Shown one piece after another: positions 35,214-44,699 of a DNA stretch of 64,000 bases. Position 1 is the first letter of the stretch. Every line of letters starts with the position of its first letter. The stretch lies in assembly GCA_964447415.1 (NCBI GenBank), contig CAYUSN010000001.1:33735-97734 (forward strand), given 5' to 3'. The position numbers were made by a program, and so were the translations under genes. The stretch is from an uncultured Candidatus Saccharibacteria bacterium. Lineage in GTDB: Bacteria; Patescibacteriota; Minisyncoccia; Phycocordibacterales; EsbW-18. The notes under the pieces were generated by a model. It was not told the origin of the DNA. It searched no databases and saw nothing but the letters and a program-made list of their open reading frames with translations.

Positions 35214-36314
35214 CTATCGGTTCATTGGCATCACAATATATAGAAATGATTTATCCCCAACCGAACGAATACACGTCGGCTTTCCTTGTCCGGCAAACTG
35301 CAATACCACACTGTCTGATGTAATTGATTGTAGGCCGTCGAGTACATATGCGTAGTTAAAATTCATTTCAATGTCTTCTCCGTTAACTGCAGCATCTAAA
35401 CACATCTCACCCTCTCCTGTTTCCGGGTTTGCTGTTTTTATACCGCATGTTTTTTTACTATGTGAAACCGCAACGGTTAATTTATTAAACTGATCGGAAA
35501 AAATACGAACATGCTTCAACGCATCCGCAAGATCTTGTTTTAGAAGTGTTATTTCCGTTGTAAAACTTTTCGGAATAATTTGTTTATAGTCAGGAAATAC
35601 ACCCTCCACCGCGCGTGATGTTATATATTTATTTTCCAATACAAAACCTATTTGATGTACGTCGCCGGTTACGGTGACATCTCCGTCGAATGTGTCTAAG
35701 TGGCGGAGCATCTCTCCGACGTTTTTAAGTGGTATAAGAAGCGTCTCTAGTCCCTGGATTGTGTCCGCTTTTACCCGCTTCTCCGCGAGTCGGAATGAGT
35801 CTGTGGCAACACACACAATATACCCCCCGTCATTGTAAAGGTAGACGCTTGAGAGCTCCGGTTTAATACTTCCCAACGAGGCACCCCACCAGACGCTTTT
35901 TAGACCGTCACAAAGTGTTTTTGCTGAAATAGAAAAGAGTTTTTTTGAGGAAAGTTTTGGAAGCGCCGGAAAATCCTCATGTGAAAGTGTTGCTACCCGT
36001 GTCGTACTTTTTTGCGTACCGACGGTAATATATAACCCCTCTGTGGTGATAGTAACCGAACCTGAGGCGGTGAGTGTTCCTAACAGCGCACCAAGCGTGT
36101 CGGCAGGCACTGCAACCACACCATCCTCTTCAACCTCCGCCGGAACAGTTATTTCAATACCGAGATCTAAATTGGTCGCCCGTACCACAACCGTATTTCC
36201 TGAGGCAGTCAGAAGTACACACCGTAGTACCGGTAGTGAAAGATTTTTTCCTGCAACCCTCTCTACACCAACAACGGCGTTATACAGGTTTTCTTTTTGT
36301 ACGGTTATTTTCAT
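35214..36314 (-). CDS. dnaN: DNA polymerase III beta sliding clamp
   Basis: 366 aa, three-domain clamp pattern, directly downstream of dnaA. Confidence 0.85.
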   Translation of the reverse strand: MKITVQKENLYNAVVGVERVAGKNLSLPVLRCVLLTASGNTVVVRATNLDLGIEITVPAEVEEDGVVAVPADTLGALLGTLTASGSVTITTEGLYITVGTQKSTTRVATLSHEDFPALPKLSSKKLFSISAKTLCDGLKSVWWGASLGSIKPELSSVYLYNDGGYIVCVATDSFRLAEKRVKADTIQGLETLLIPLKNVGEMLRHLDTFDGDVTVTGDVHQIGFVLENKYITSRAVEGVFPDYKQIIPKSFTTEITLLKQDLADALKHVRIFSDQFNKLTVAVSHSKKTCGIKTANPETGEGEMCLDAAVNGEDIEMNFNYAYVLDGLQSITSDSVVLQFAGQGKPTCIRSVGDKSFLYIVMPMNR

Positions 36315-36535
36315 AAATAAGAATTTATTATTACTATTAGCACGGTGAATTAGTGGATAAGAGAGAAAAAAAGAGTATAGAGATTATGTTTTTCAGTTAG
36401 TGGTGCGTGTAGAACTCTTTAATAACAACAGGTGATTTTTGAATAAGTTTTTTTAAATGGTACTAAAAGTATTTTTTTCCCCACACCACACACAAAGAAC
36501 TAGAAACTTATACATTTGTTATACACAGTTTGTTT
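36315..36535. promoter_or_regulatory. candidate chromosomal replication origin (AT-rich dnaA-dnaN intergenic region with DnaA-box-like 9-mers)
   Basis: ~221 bp at ~28% GC; AGTGGATAA (36352-36360) and TTATACACA (36519-36527) are each 8/9 to TTATCCACA or its complement; rpmH-dnaA-dnaN synteny. Confidence 0.4.
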
Positions 36536-37906
36536 TTATAACAACGCACGCACTTGGGCAATTTCCTGTTCAAGTTGGTGATCATTTTTTAAATCCTCTT
36601 TTACTTTCTCGTAGGAGTGAATTACGGTGGTGTGGTCTCTTCCGCCGAGTTTTTGTCCTATCATCGGATACGGAAGACTAAAATCCTCACGAAGCAAATA
36701 CATAATAATTTGCCGCGGCTTTACCACCTCTTTTTTTCTGCTTTTTTTATAAATACTGTCCTCATCCAAACTGTAAAAATCGGCGACAATCTTTACCACA
36801 TCCTTTACCGACACCATTTTCTTCGGTTTGATGTTGTTTTTAATTACCTCCCGTATTTCCTGTAGATTTAAATCACGTTTTTTAAGCTGAATCTGACACA
36901 CAATTGAATTGAGTGCCCCCTCAATCTCCCGGATATTACCCTCGATGCTGTTGGCGAGGTGGGTCACCACATCATCCGACAACACAATATTGTGTTCGGT
37001 GGCCTTTGTTTTTACGATGGCGAGACGGGATTCCTGGTCCGGCGGAGGTATATCAACCGTCATACCCGCGTTAAACCGCGATTTTAAGCGGTCTGCGAGG
37101 CTTTGGATGTAATTTGGGTGTCGGTCAGATGAAAAAATAATCTGTCCGTTACGGTCAAAAATTTCGTTAAACAGATGAAAGAGCTCCTCCTGGGTTTTTT
37201 CTTTATTTGAGAGAAATTGAACGTCGTCCATGATGAGCACATCATACTTCCGGTATTTTTCCTTGAAGTTATTAACCGCATTAATTTGAATGGCGTTGAC
37301 CAAGTCCTGCGCAAAACGCTCCGAGGTGACATAAAAAACTTTTTTGTCCGGATATTTCTTTTTTATTTCATTTCCAAGCGCCTGTATGAGGTGTGTCTTT
37401 CCGTGACCGGTCTGTCCGTAGACAAAAAACGGATTGTACCGAAGGCCGGGTTTCTCCAAAATTGCCTGCGCGGCCGCGTGTGCAAGTTCGTTAAACGATC
37501 CGACAACAAAAGAATCAAATGTATACCGCGGGTTGAGGTTGTCCGCTTTGTTGATATATAAATCGCGCAGCGGAAGTTCGTCCCCTGTCGTCCCCTGCTG
37601 CTGGGATGAGTATGAGGAGATTTTTGTGTCACTCGGCGCCTTTGTGGAGATAACATACTCAACCGACCGGATGGTGTAGGAGATGTCGCGGAGTGTTTTG
37701 AGTACCATTTTGTGGTACTTGTCGGCAATAAGGTCTTTGGTGAACGCGTTGGGAACGCCGACAAACACTACCCCGTCTTCAACCTTGACGACGTGGGTGT
37801 CTTTAAACCACGTTTTAAAGATTGCCTTAGAAACCAAAAACTCTATTGAGCCGAGCACCTGCTTCCATAAGTCTTTTGTGTCTGTGGGGGTGATGGTGTC
37901 GGTCAT
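36536..37906 (-). CDS. dnaA: chromosomal replication initiator DnaA
   Basis: 'NPFFVYGQTGHGKTHL' Walker A, 'VLIMDDVQFL' Walker B, C-terminal HTH 'MYLLREDFSLPYPMIGQKLGGRDHTTVIH'. Confidence 0.9.
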   Translation of the reverse strand: MTDTITPTDTKDLWKQVLGSIEFLVSKAIFKTWFKDTHVVKVEDGVVFVGVPNAFTKDLIADKYHKMVLKTLRDISYTIRSVEYVISTKAPSDTKISSYSSQQQGTTGDELPLRDLYINKADNLNPRYTFDSFVVGSFNELAHAAAQAILEKPGLRYNPFFVYGQTGHGKTHLIQALGNEIKKKYPDKKVFYVTSERFAQDLVNAIQINAVNNFKEKYRKYDVLIMDDVQFLSNKEKTQEELFHLFNEIFDRNGQIIFSSDRHPNYIQSLADRLKSRFNAGMTVDIPPPDQESRLAIVKTKATEHNIVLSDDVVTHLANSIEGNIREIEGALNSIVCQIQLKKRDLNLQEIREVIKNNIKPKKMVSVKDVVKIVADFYSLDEDSIYKKSRKKEVVKPRQIIMYLLREDFSLPYPMIGQKLGGRDHTTVIHSYEKVKEDLKNDHQLEQEIAQVRALL

Positions 37907-38046
37907 GGGAGAAAAGTGTCCACGTATTATATACGTGAAAGAGAATATACAAGCTTGAGAAAAGGAGAAAACTATGTTTATAATGTGGGGACAACACCAT
38001 TAGTAAAACGACAGTCCACAACACACCATAAAAAAGTCAAAAAACT

Positions 38047-38181
38047 ATGAAACGAACATATCAACCAAAGAAGAGAAAACGGGCAAAAACACACGGATTT
38101 CTTGTTCGTATGAAGACGGTTGGGGGGCGTAAGATGGTGAAGCGCCGCCGGATAAAGGGACGAAAGAAACTCGCGGTTTAA
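38047..38181 (+). CDS. rpmH: 50S ribosomal protein L34
   Basis: 44 aa [44 protein letters not shown]; absent from the ORF track (<60 aa); found by hand. Confidence 0.85.
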   Translation: MKRTYQPKKRKRAKTHGFLVRMKTVGGRKMVKRRRIKGRKKLAV

Positions 38182-38192
38182 AATTCTCTGCG

Positions 38193-38510
38193 ATGATTTC
38201 AAAAAAACATCGCCTCACTACACCACGATTCGACGCCGTGTTTGCGAACGGCGTCGTTTTTCGTTCGAAACATTTTCTCGTGCGGGCACTGGCGGGCTCC
38301 CCTACCCCCGCATTTGCCGTTGTTGTCGGAAAAAAAATCGCAAAGACCGCGGTGCGGCGGAACGCACTTCGCAGAAAAGTGTTTCGGTGCCTTTCAAAAC
38401 ATCTGCAGGAGAAAAAAGAACCGCACGGTGAATATATTTTTTTTCTGCGCACAGGCAATGTCTCTGTGGAGGAGCTGTGTGATGAAATACACCGCGCACT
38501 GACGTCATAA
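38193..38510 (+). CDS. rnpA: RNase P protein component
   Basis: 105 aa; basic, with the 'AVVVGKKIAKTAVRRNALRRK' RnpA motif; directly after rpmH. Confidence 0.85.
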   Translation: MISKKHRLTTPRFDAVFANGVVFRSKHFLVRALAGSPTPAFAVVVGKKIAKTAVRRNALRRKVFRCLSKHLQEKKEPHGEYIFFLRTGNVSVEELCDEIHRALTS

Positions 38511-38554
38511 ACAGCTGTCTGGTATTACCGCGCGCTTGCGTATACAATAGCCGC

Positions 38555-39295
38555 ATGTCACAGGGAATTTTCTTCACACTTATCACACAGCCGCTGTACA
38601 ACGGCATTGTCGGACTCATTCACCTTCTCCCGTGGGCGGATCTCGGTGTGGTGATTATTATTTTTACAATACTCGTACGTTTTATTCTGTTTCCTGTTGC
38701 ACAAAAGGCGCTTCGCACACAGCTCGCGCTGCAGAAAGTACAGCCGAAGATGGATGAAATAAAGGAAAAGTATAAAAACGACCGGCAGGCGCAGGCGTTG
38801 AAAATGATGGAGTTGTATAAAGAGTACAAAGTGAACCCGTTTTCAAGTGTTTTGTTTATGTTCATCCAGATTCCGATTATTTTCGGATTGTACTTTATGT
38901 TTGTGCGCACGGGACTGCCGGACATTCATCCGGACTTTTTGTACTCGTTTATGTCCGTTCCGCCGCCCGTTTCAACGTTTTTTTTGGGTTTTATTGACGT
39001 CGCACAGAAGAGTTTGCCGTTTGCAATACTCGCCGGTGTCTCGCAGTTTTTTCAGGCCTACTTCATGAAAATGCCGGAACCGTCGGGTGCAAAAGAGTCG
39101 TTTGGCGCAACGTTTCAAAAAAGCATGTCGTTTCAGATGAAGTATGTGTTCCCGATTCTTATTGTGTTTATTGCCGCGGCGCTTCCCGGAAGCGTGGCGC
39201 TCTACTGGACCACAAGCAATCTTTTTTCCATCGTACAGGAGAGCATCCTGCGGAGAAAAATGAAAGAGAATCCCGCACGGCAGACCGATGTTTAG
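38555..39295 (+). CDS. yidC: membrane protein insertase YidC (short, Gram-positive-type)
   Basis: 246 aa, 5 TM segments, 'YKEYKVNPFSS' and 'PGSVALYWTTSNLFSIVQ' YidC motifs. Confidence 0.85.
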   Translation: MSQGIFFTLITQPLYNGIVGLIHLLPWADLGVVIIIFTILVRFILFPVAQKALRTQLALQKVQPKMDEIKEKYKNDRQAQALKMMELYKEYKVNPFSSVLFMFIQIPIIFGLYFMFVRTGLPDIHPDFLYSFMSVPPPVSTFFLGFIDVAQKSLPFAILAGVSQFFQAYFMKMPEPSGAKESFGATFQKSMSFQMKYVFPILIVFIAAALPGSVALYWTTSNLFSIVQESILRRKMKENPARQTDV

Positions 39296-40566
39296 TACGA
39301 GTTGTCCGTAGAGGGCACGTTTGAAGCGGCGAGGGAGAGATTGACGAGCCACAACGAGCCGTCTTTTTTATTTATGAAAGCGAGGTGGGTTCCGTCTTGC
39401 GATACCGACAGGTGTGTCATATCCAGACCCTCCGTCACAACGTCGCTCGGGTTAAGCAGGTAGGTCGCGGTGCCGTTTGTGGTATCGATTTTCCAAAGCG
39501 TATCAATGAACGATACGGAACCCTGATACCAATCATCAGGAAGCTTCTGGGTTGCGTTACTTGGAAGTGCACAGTACACCACCGTGGTGTTTTCCCACAC
39601 ACACTTCTCGGGGAGTGTTGCAATCGACAAGGGGGTTGTCTGACGTGTTGCGGTAGTATACGCAACAACGCCCGCGCCGTTTTGCCCCATGCGTCCCAAT
39701 AGAAGTAGTGTCCCGTCAGGGTTCGGGAGTACGGTAAGGCCGGGTGTAGTGGAAGAAACACGCCCGAGCGCACCTGAGGAGGGGTTGAGTGAAAAAGTGT
39801 TGCCGCCGACGGTTCCTGACGGTGCTGTGGTGAGAAAGATTGTTGAACCGGCATTCCATGAGGACTGCCACTGATAGAACGGGTGTGAAAATACACTGCG
39901 TGTTCCTGAATCGGATACAACAAAACCGTTGCTGCCGGTCGGTGACTTCACGGTGTAAAAGACCTGGTGTTGAGAAGGGTGTACAGCAACGGTGAGTGTG
40001 TTGGCGGGCAGGAATGTGCCAGATAGACGGGACTCAGACGGGCTGCTTGTCGAGAGCTCGGCAATTCTTCCTAGGAAGGACTCTACAGTTTCCCCGTCTT
40101 CTTCCTGTATGCGGCGGAACACAACGGTGTTTCCAAAGTTTCCGAACAGTGCTTCGCTCACGCGCGGAATGGTTGTGTTTGAAACACGCGTTGCCTGACC
40201 TGATGCAAGTGAATAGTCATAGATGTGTCCGGTTTCCCGCTCCACGTAGCGGATTGCATACTCGGTGGAGGTGCCGACAAGTCTTTGGATGGCTGTTACG
40301 CCTGCGGTCGGGGTATCGGAAATTTTTATGAGCGCCGAAGCGCGCACGGACGGTGTGTCGGAGAAGCCCGGCGTGTCCGTGTCGCCTGTGTCGGGCGTTG
40401 TCCCGGTGTCGTCGCTAAACATACCGAACGGATTAAATGTCCTTTCACCCGTGTCGGCCGTATCGGGGACCGACCCCTCATCTCCGCGCATCAAAAACCA
40501 CCACGCGCCGGCAAACACAAGGATAAACACGACAAGAATTGCGAGAATGATGAGTGTTTTTTTCAT
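39292..40566 (-). CDS. N-terminally anchored secreted protein, beta-propeller-like (last gene of the T4SS-like operon)
   Basis: N-terminal TM plus S/T/G-rich repeats; 'DGTHLAFINKKDGSLWLVNL' is PD40/TolB-like. Confidence 0.35.
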   Translation of the reverse strand: MKKTLIILAILVVFILVFAGAWWFLMRGDEGSVPDTADTGERTFNPFGMFSDDTGTTPDTGDTDTPGFSDTPSVRASALIKISDTPTAGVTAIQRLVGTSTEYAIRYVERETGHIYDYSLASGQATRVSNTTIPRVSEALFGNFGNTVVFRRIQEEDGETVESFLGRIAELSTSSPSESRLSGTFLPANTLTVAVHPSQHQVFYTVKSPTGSNGFVVSDSGTRSVFSHPFYQWQSSWNAGSTIFLTTAPSGTVGGNTFSLNPSSGALGRVSSTTPGLTVLPNPDGTLLLLGRMGQNGAGVVAYTTATRQTTPLSIATLPEKCVWENTTVVYCALPSNATQKLPDDWYQGSVSFIDTLWKIDTTNGTATYLLNPSDVVTEGLDMTHLSVSQDGTHLAFINKKDGSLWLVNLSLAASNVPSTDNSY

Positions 40567-40569
40567 ATC

Positions 40570-41511
40570 TTATTGTTCAGCAACCGACGAGCACGCCGTC
40601 ACGAAGTTTTTACACTCCGGAGTGTTTTTTCCGACACATACATGCCAGTGTTGTCCACCCTCGCTCTCGAGCCAGTAGTATGTGGTGGAGTTTTTTCGGA
40701 CCCATAAATCGTCGTCCCCGTAATCGTTGCACTGCGTGGAGTTGTTTCGTATATATGCTCCAAGCTTGACGGCAAGTTTAGACTTAAGGTCAAACACGGG
40801 TTTACCGACTCCGTGCGTTTGATGATTCGGTTCCGTTCCTCCGGTGATGATTACGGATGTAGACACAGGACAATTCTTTGGCCACTTGTCCTCAGGGCAC
40901 TTCCCCACTTCCGCGGCAAGTCTTTGCAGTTCACCGAGGGCGGCAGGATGGAGCCCTGCGACATTAATACAGTTTGGGGCACCTTGTCCCGGTTGACAGG
41001 CGTCTTGGTTGATACCGACCCCCCGCACTTTCATTGCTTCCCGCGCGGACTCTTCCTCGGCGGGCGGTGCTGGTGGTGCTGGTGGTGCTGGTGGAGCGGT
41101 ACTGACCGTGCCGCCCACTTCTTGGAGTGTCTGAAAGAGTTTGAAGTTCACCAAGTCGGGGTTGATTTGTTGCAGAATAAGAACGGTGGAGAGCGCAAGT
41201 ATTAACCCGCCGATAATACCGAAAAAGGCCTTTTTTGCGTTCTCCTTACTTCCCACGACATCCGAGGTCATATATACCACCCCGTTGTAGACAAACAGCA
41301 CAACTGCCAACAAAACCGCAATGGCAAGACCGAAGCTGAAGAACGCATTAAGGTAACCCGCGAGCCCACCCTCCGGTGCGACGTTCCCAATGAACGGCAA
41401 ATCTTTTACGAGAAGTTCGTAGTGTCCCGTCACTTGACCGAACACTACCGCCGGAAGGAGTATGGCGGCGATGAGGGAGATGCCCATGATTGTAGTCGTG
41501 TGTTTTTTCAT
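40570..41511 (-). CDS. VirB2/TrbC-like pilin-type N-terminus fused to a PAPP linker and a Cys-rich extracellular domain
   Basis: Signal peptide followed by two hydrophobic helices separated by a short polar loop (VirB2 topology), then APPAPPAPPAPPA, then a ~190-aa domain with >=10 Cys. Confidence 0.35.
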   Translation of the reverse strand: MKKHTTTIMGISLIAAILLPAVVFGQVTGHYELLVKDLPFIGNVAPEGGLAGYLNAFFSFGLAIAVLLAVVLFVYNGVVYMTSDVVGSKENAKKAFFGIIGGLILALSTVLILQQINPDLVNFKLFQTLQEVGGTVSTAPPAPPAPPAPPAEEESAREAMKVRGVGINQDACQPGQGAPNCINVAGLHPAALGELQRLAAEVGKCPEDKWPKNCPVSTSVIITGGTEPNHQTHGVGKPVFDLKSKLAVKLGAYIRNNSTQCNDYGDDDLWVRKNSTTYYWLESEGGQHWHVCVGKNTPECKNFVTACSSVAEQ

Positions 41512-41515
41512 ACGG

Positions 41516-42226
41516 TTATTCGAAGGTGACGTTTATACTTTCAGTTGCCCGCTGTAACAGGTTTTTAACGCCGTTGAGTGAAAGCTGTATATACACAGAA
41601 CTCGGCTCATCGGCCTGTGCAGAGAGCGTTCCGGTTACGGCTTCGGGGAGTTTTGTGCCGTTTGCACTCCATGTGTATGAAAGTGAACTATCCGTGCGTG
41701 ATGTTGCGGTGAAAAAAAACGGGTAAGCTTCGATATCAAAGTTTTTTTCAGTTGTGACGATGTTCCGCGGCAAGGCGCGCTCAAAAACGATGCCCTCGAG
41801 TGGTTTGTTTTGGTAGAGGCGGACAAACGGCTGTGTTTGGAGAACACGAACTGAACCGAACTCGGAATCGGTCCCGTCGGATACCTGCACAGAGACAAGC
41901 GGTGATTCTCCGAACTGCGAGCCGGAGAAGACAAACGAACGCTTCCCTACACCGGACTGAGCGCCGTCCACGACCCCCTCCCTTTTCCATGTATAGGTAA
42001 GTGTGTCCGGATTTCCCTGCTCCGTCGGAGGCAGTGCATACACAGTGACCTCTCCCCCCACCGGATACAGCGCCTTGCCCCGATACAAGGGCGGAATATA
42101 CGAGTGAGACTCCCAGATTAGCTCAACGGACGAGCTAATGCTGTTTCTCGCCAAGTTAATTTGTGCGTCCGAAAAAAGCGGAAAAGCAAGGAGGCAGAAA
42201 AGTGTTGTAAAAAAAATCTTTTTCAT
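41516..42226 (-). CDS. secreted hypothetical protein
   Basis: Signal peptide MKKIFFTTLFCLLAFPLFSDA; beta-rich. Confidence 0.35.
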   Translation of the reverse strand: MKKIFFTTLFCLLAFPLFSDAQINLARNSISSSVELIWESHSYIPPLYRGKALYPVGGEVTVYALPPTEQGNPDTLTYTWKREGVVDGAQSGVGKRSFVFSGSQFGESPLVSVQVSDGTDSEFGSVRVLQTQPFVRLYQNKPLEGIVFERALPRNIVTTEKNFDIEAYPFFFTATSRTDSSLSYTWSANGTKLPEAVTGTLSAQADEPSSVYIQLSLNGVKNLLQRATESINVTFE

Positions 42227-42753
42227 ATTTCCGACGGTGAAGGGTACATGTCAGTCATATGGGGTCTTGCCTCTCGTTTTGCATATTCCCCTGCGGACCG
42301 AGAACCCCAGTCAGCGTTTTTTATGGATTCAGGAATGCGATCCACAACGCTCTTTGTCACCGACTGTACGGTGCCCGCGGCTTTTGTAAGGTTGCCGAGG
42401 TTTGGCACACCTTTTTTACTCAGAAGCTGTATGCCGGTCTTTTCTTCTGCTCTGGTCAGTGCAATCATAAGTATAACACCGACGGTGATGGCAGGCAGGG
42501 CGCTTATCGCCGGAACGAGCTCAATAATATATGCTGACAGCATCGTCAGGAGTTTTTTAGGTGTGACCAACGGAAGTCCGAGAATTAAAAACCAGATAAG
42601 AAAAATCACGAAAGAACCGACATCCGCGAACGCCTGTCCGACAACCGGAATGATTGAGATAATGTCGAGAATAATCGCAGTTGCAATCATAAGTGCCGCC
42701 GCTGTATCGCTGATTTTAGATTCTTTTTTTTCTTGTTGCTGGTTTTCGTCCAT
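42223..42753 (-). CDS. integral membrane protein (3 TM), T4SS-associated
   Basis: 176 aa, hydrophobic core; 4-nt overlap with the neighbouring genes. Confidence 0.35.
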   Translation of the reverse strand: MDENQQQEKKESKISDTAAALMIATAIILDIISIIPVVGQAFADVGSFVIFLIWFLILGLPLVTPKKLLTMLSAYIIELVPAISALPAITVGVILMIALTRAEEKTGIQLLSKKGVPNLGNLTKAAGTVQSVTKSVVDRIPESIKNADWGSRSAGEYAKREARPHMTDMYPSPSEI

Positions 42754-42755
42754 AG

Positions 42756-44696
42756 TTACTCCACATTCTTAAGGTCGACGTTTGCCGTGACGCCGCCTTC
42801 CGTGGGTGGATGTGTGTCGCCGTGGGAAGTGACCTTTTCGGCAAGCGGGGGTACATCCACCGTTTTCTTTTCGTCCTGTGTTTTTTGCAGACGCCACTCA
42901 TCGCGTGACTTTTGGAGCGCCATGAGTTGTGACGGATCGGAAGTAATAATCTGGTCTTCCGTATACGATGCGATGGTTTTGATGGCAACGTGCTTGAGGC
43001 CGGCAAAAAAGATTCCCTCCCCCACCTCCGATTCAAGAAGCAGGTACTTCTCCTCATCAGTGAGGTTGAAGGTCTGCTGCACCAAGTCAATGGATGACGG
43101 TGATTGCTTCAAAAGCAGCTGGATGGACGAGTTGGTGATAATCGGCAGTCCGTACGGAGAGCGCAAGAAGTCCCCCACATCTTGTGTGATGGTGGCGATG
43201 CCGAGATAGTATTTGCGTCCGCGCTTTGCAAGTCCGAACAAAAGCGATGCGGTGTCCTCTTCCTTCATCATCCACCACGCCTCATCCACGACGAGCAGGC
43301 GTTTTTTGAGTGTGCGGCGTACCGCACCCCAGATGTAGTGTGTGATGAGGTACATAGCAACCGGCTTGAGCTCGTCTTCCATGTCGCGCACGGAGAACAC
43401 AACGAACTTTTTATTGATATCGACGTTTGTCGGTTGGTTTATGAATCCTGACCACGTTCCTTTGGTGTACTTGGTGAGACGCTGCACCAGTGACTCACCC
43501 CCTTCCATGCCGGCAAGCACAAGCTCGAAGTCCGACAACAGCGGCGACTCGGTTCCTGAAAAGTCGCGCTCCCCTGTGATGTCTTTAAGCGCGTAGGTTT
43601 CCGTGATGGCGCGGTCAATAATGGCGTCTTCCTCGGGGGTAAGTCCGCCGAACATGATGCGGAAGAGACCGACCAACGTCACAATCTGCGAACGCAGCAC
43701 ATTTGCGGGTGTTTCATCTTCGCGCACAGGCGGCAGGTCAAACGGGTTGATGTGGTGCTCGGAAGTAAGTGAGATGTTGAAATAACGTCCGCCCATAGCC
43801 TCGGACATGTGTTCATACTCGCGTTCCGGGTCAATCACAATGACGTCGGTGTCAAACATCAGCGTGCGGAGAATTTCAAGTTTTGTCGCGTATGATTTTC
43901 CGGCACCGGAGGTTGCAAAGGTCACCGAGTTGTAGTTCGGCATTGAAAAGCGGTCAAACAGAATGAGGCCTGAGTTGTGCCGGTTAAGACCGTAGAGGAT
44001 TCCTTTGTCGGAGGTGAGGTCAAACGACACAAACGGAAAGAAGCTTGAAAGCGGGGACGTGTTGAGCTTGCTGTGTACACCGAGCTCGTCTTGTCCGATG
44101 GGGAGCACGCTGCGGAAGCCCTGCTCTTGCTGAAAGAGCGCTGGTTTCAAGTAGATAAGACGGCTTTCAAGCAGGGAGCGTATCTCGGACTCCATTTTAT
44201 CGAGGTCGTCTTCCTTGTCCGCATAGATGGATATATAGAGACCGACATCAAAAAGCTTCTCGGTTGCCTGTTGCAGTTGGTCGCGGAGGAGCTCGAGGTT
44301 TTGGTATGCAGCGTCAAGCATCGGGTCGCGCACAAGCCCGCGCTCTTCGCGGATGTGGATCTGGCTTTGCACTTCAGCGACGCGCTTGCGAAATTCTTTA
44401 AGCACGGTTGCGGTATCTACAGGAATGATGGAAATGGAGATATCGAATACTTTGTCGATATTGATAATCGGCGAGAGCCAGTTGTCAGGCAGAAAGCGCG
44501 GATATGAAATCGCAAAAAACGTGCGGACAACCTTGTCGCCGAGGTTAAGTGCGCGCGATGACACACGCAACGCTGACGGTGCGATGATGTCCTGCAGCTC
44601 AAGCACACCCGCCTCATAGATGTCTTTCGGCAACACCGGCGTTATCTGCGGCATGTCTTTTTTCTTTTTTCCTACGATGATGTCGAAAATTCCCAT
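42756..44696 (-). CDS. virB4: type IV secretion system ATPase VirB4/TrbE/TraC family
   Basis: 'TFATSGAGKSYATK' Walker A, 'LLVVDEAWWMM' Walker B, 'GIATITQDVGDF'; N-terminal 'SYPRFLPDNWLSPII' VirB4-N pattern. Confidence 0.85.
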   Translation of the reverse strand: MGIFDIIVGKKKKDMPQITPVLPKDIYEAGVLELQDIIAPSALRVSSRALNLGDKVVRTFFAISYPRFLPDNWLSPIINIDKVFDISISIIPVDTATVLKEFRKRVAEVQSQIHIREERGLVRDPMLDAAYQNLELLRDQLQQATEKLFDVGLYISIYADKEDDLDKMESEIRSLLESRLIYLKPALFQQEQGFRSVLPIGQDELGVHSKLNTSPLSSFFPFVSFDLTSDKGILYGLNRHNSGLILFDRFSMPNYNSVTFATSGAGKSYATKLEILRTLMFDTDVIVIDPEREYEHMSEAMGGRYFNISLTSEHHINPFDLPPVREDETPANVLRSQIVTLVGLFRIMFGGLTPEEDAIIDRAITETYALKDITGERDFSGTESPLLSDFELVLAGMEGGESLVQRLTKYTKGTWSGFINQPTNVDINKKFVVFSVRDMEDELKPVAMYLITHYIWGAVRRTLKKRLLVVDEAWWMMKEEDTASLLFGLAKRGRKYYLGIATITQDVGDFLRSPYGLPIITNSSIQLLLKQSPSSIDLVQQTFNLTDEEKYLLLESEVGEGIFFAGLKHVAIKTIASYTEDQIITSDPSQLMALQKSRDEWRLQKTQDEKKTVDVPPLAEKVTSHGDTHPPTEGGVTANVDLKNVE

Positions 44697-44699
44697 AGG

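Noticed and set aside
42161-42772. Numerous 60-130-aa ORFs antisense to or out of frame within long genes (for example 42161-42772 +, 24598-25425 +, 11193-11390 +, 26188-26868 +, 57190-57600 +).
   Set aside because: They are embedded in well-supported genes on the other strand or frame and show the low-complexity R/S/P-rich composition typical of GC-rich spurious frames. Not called.
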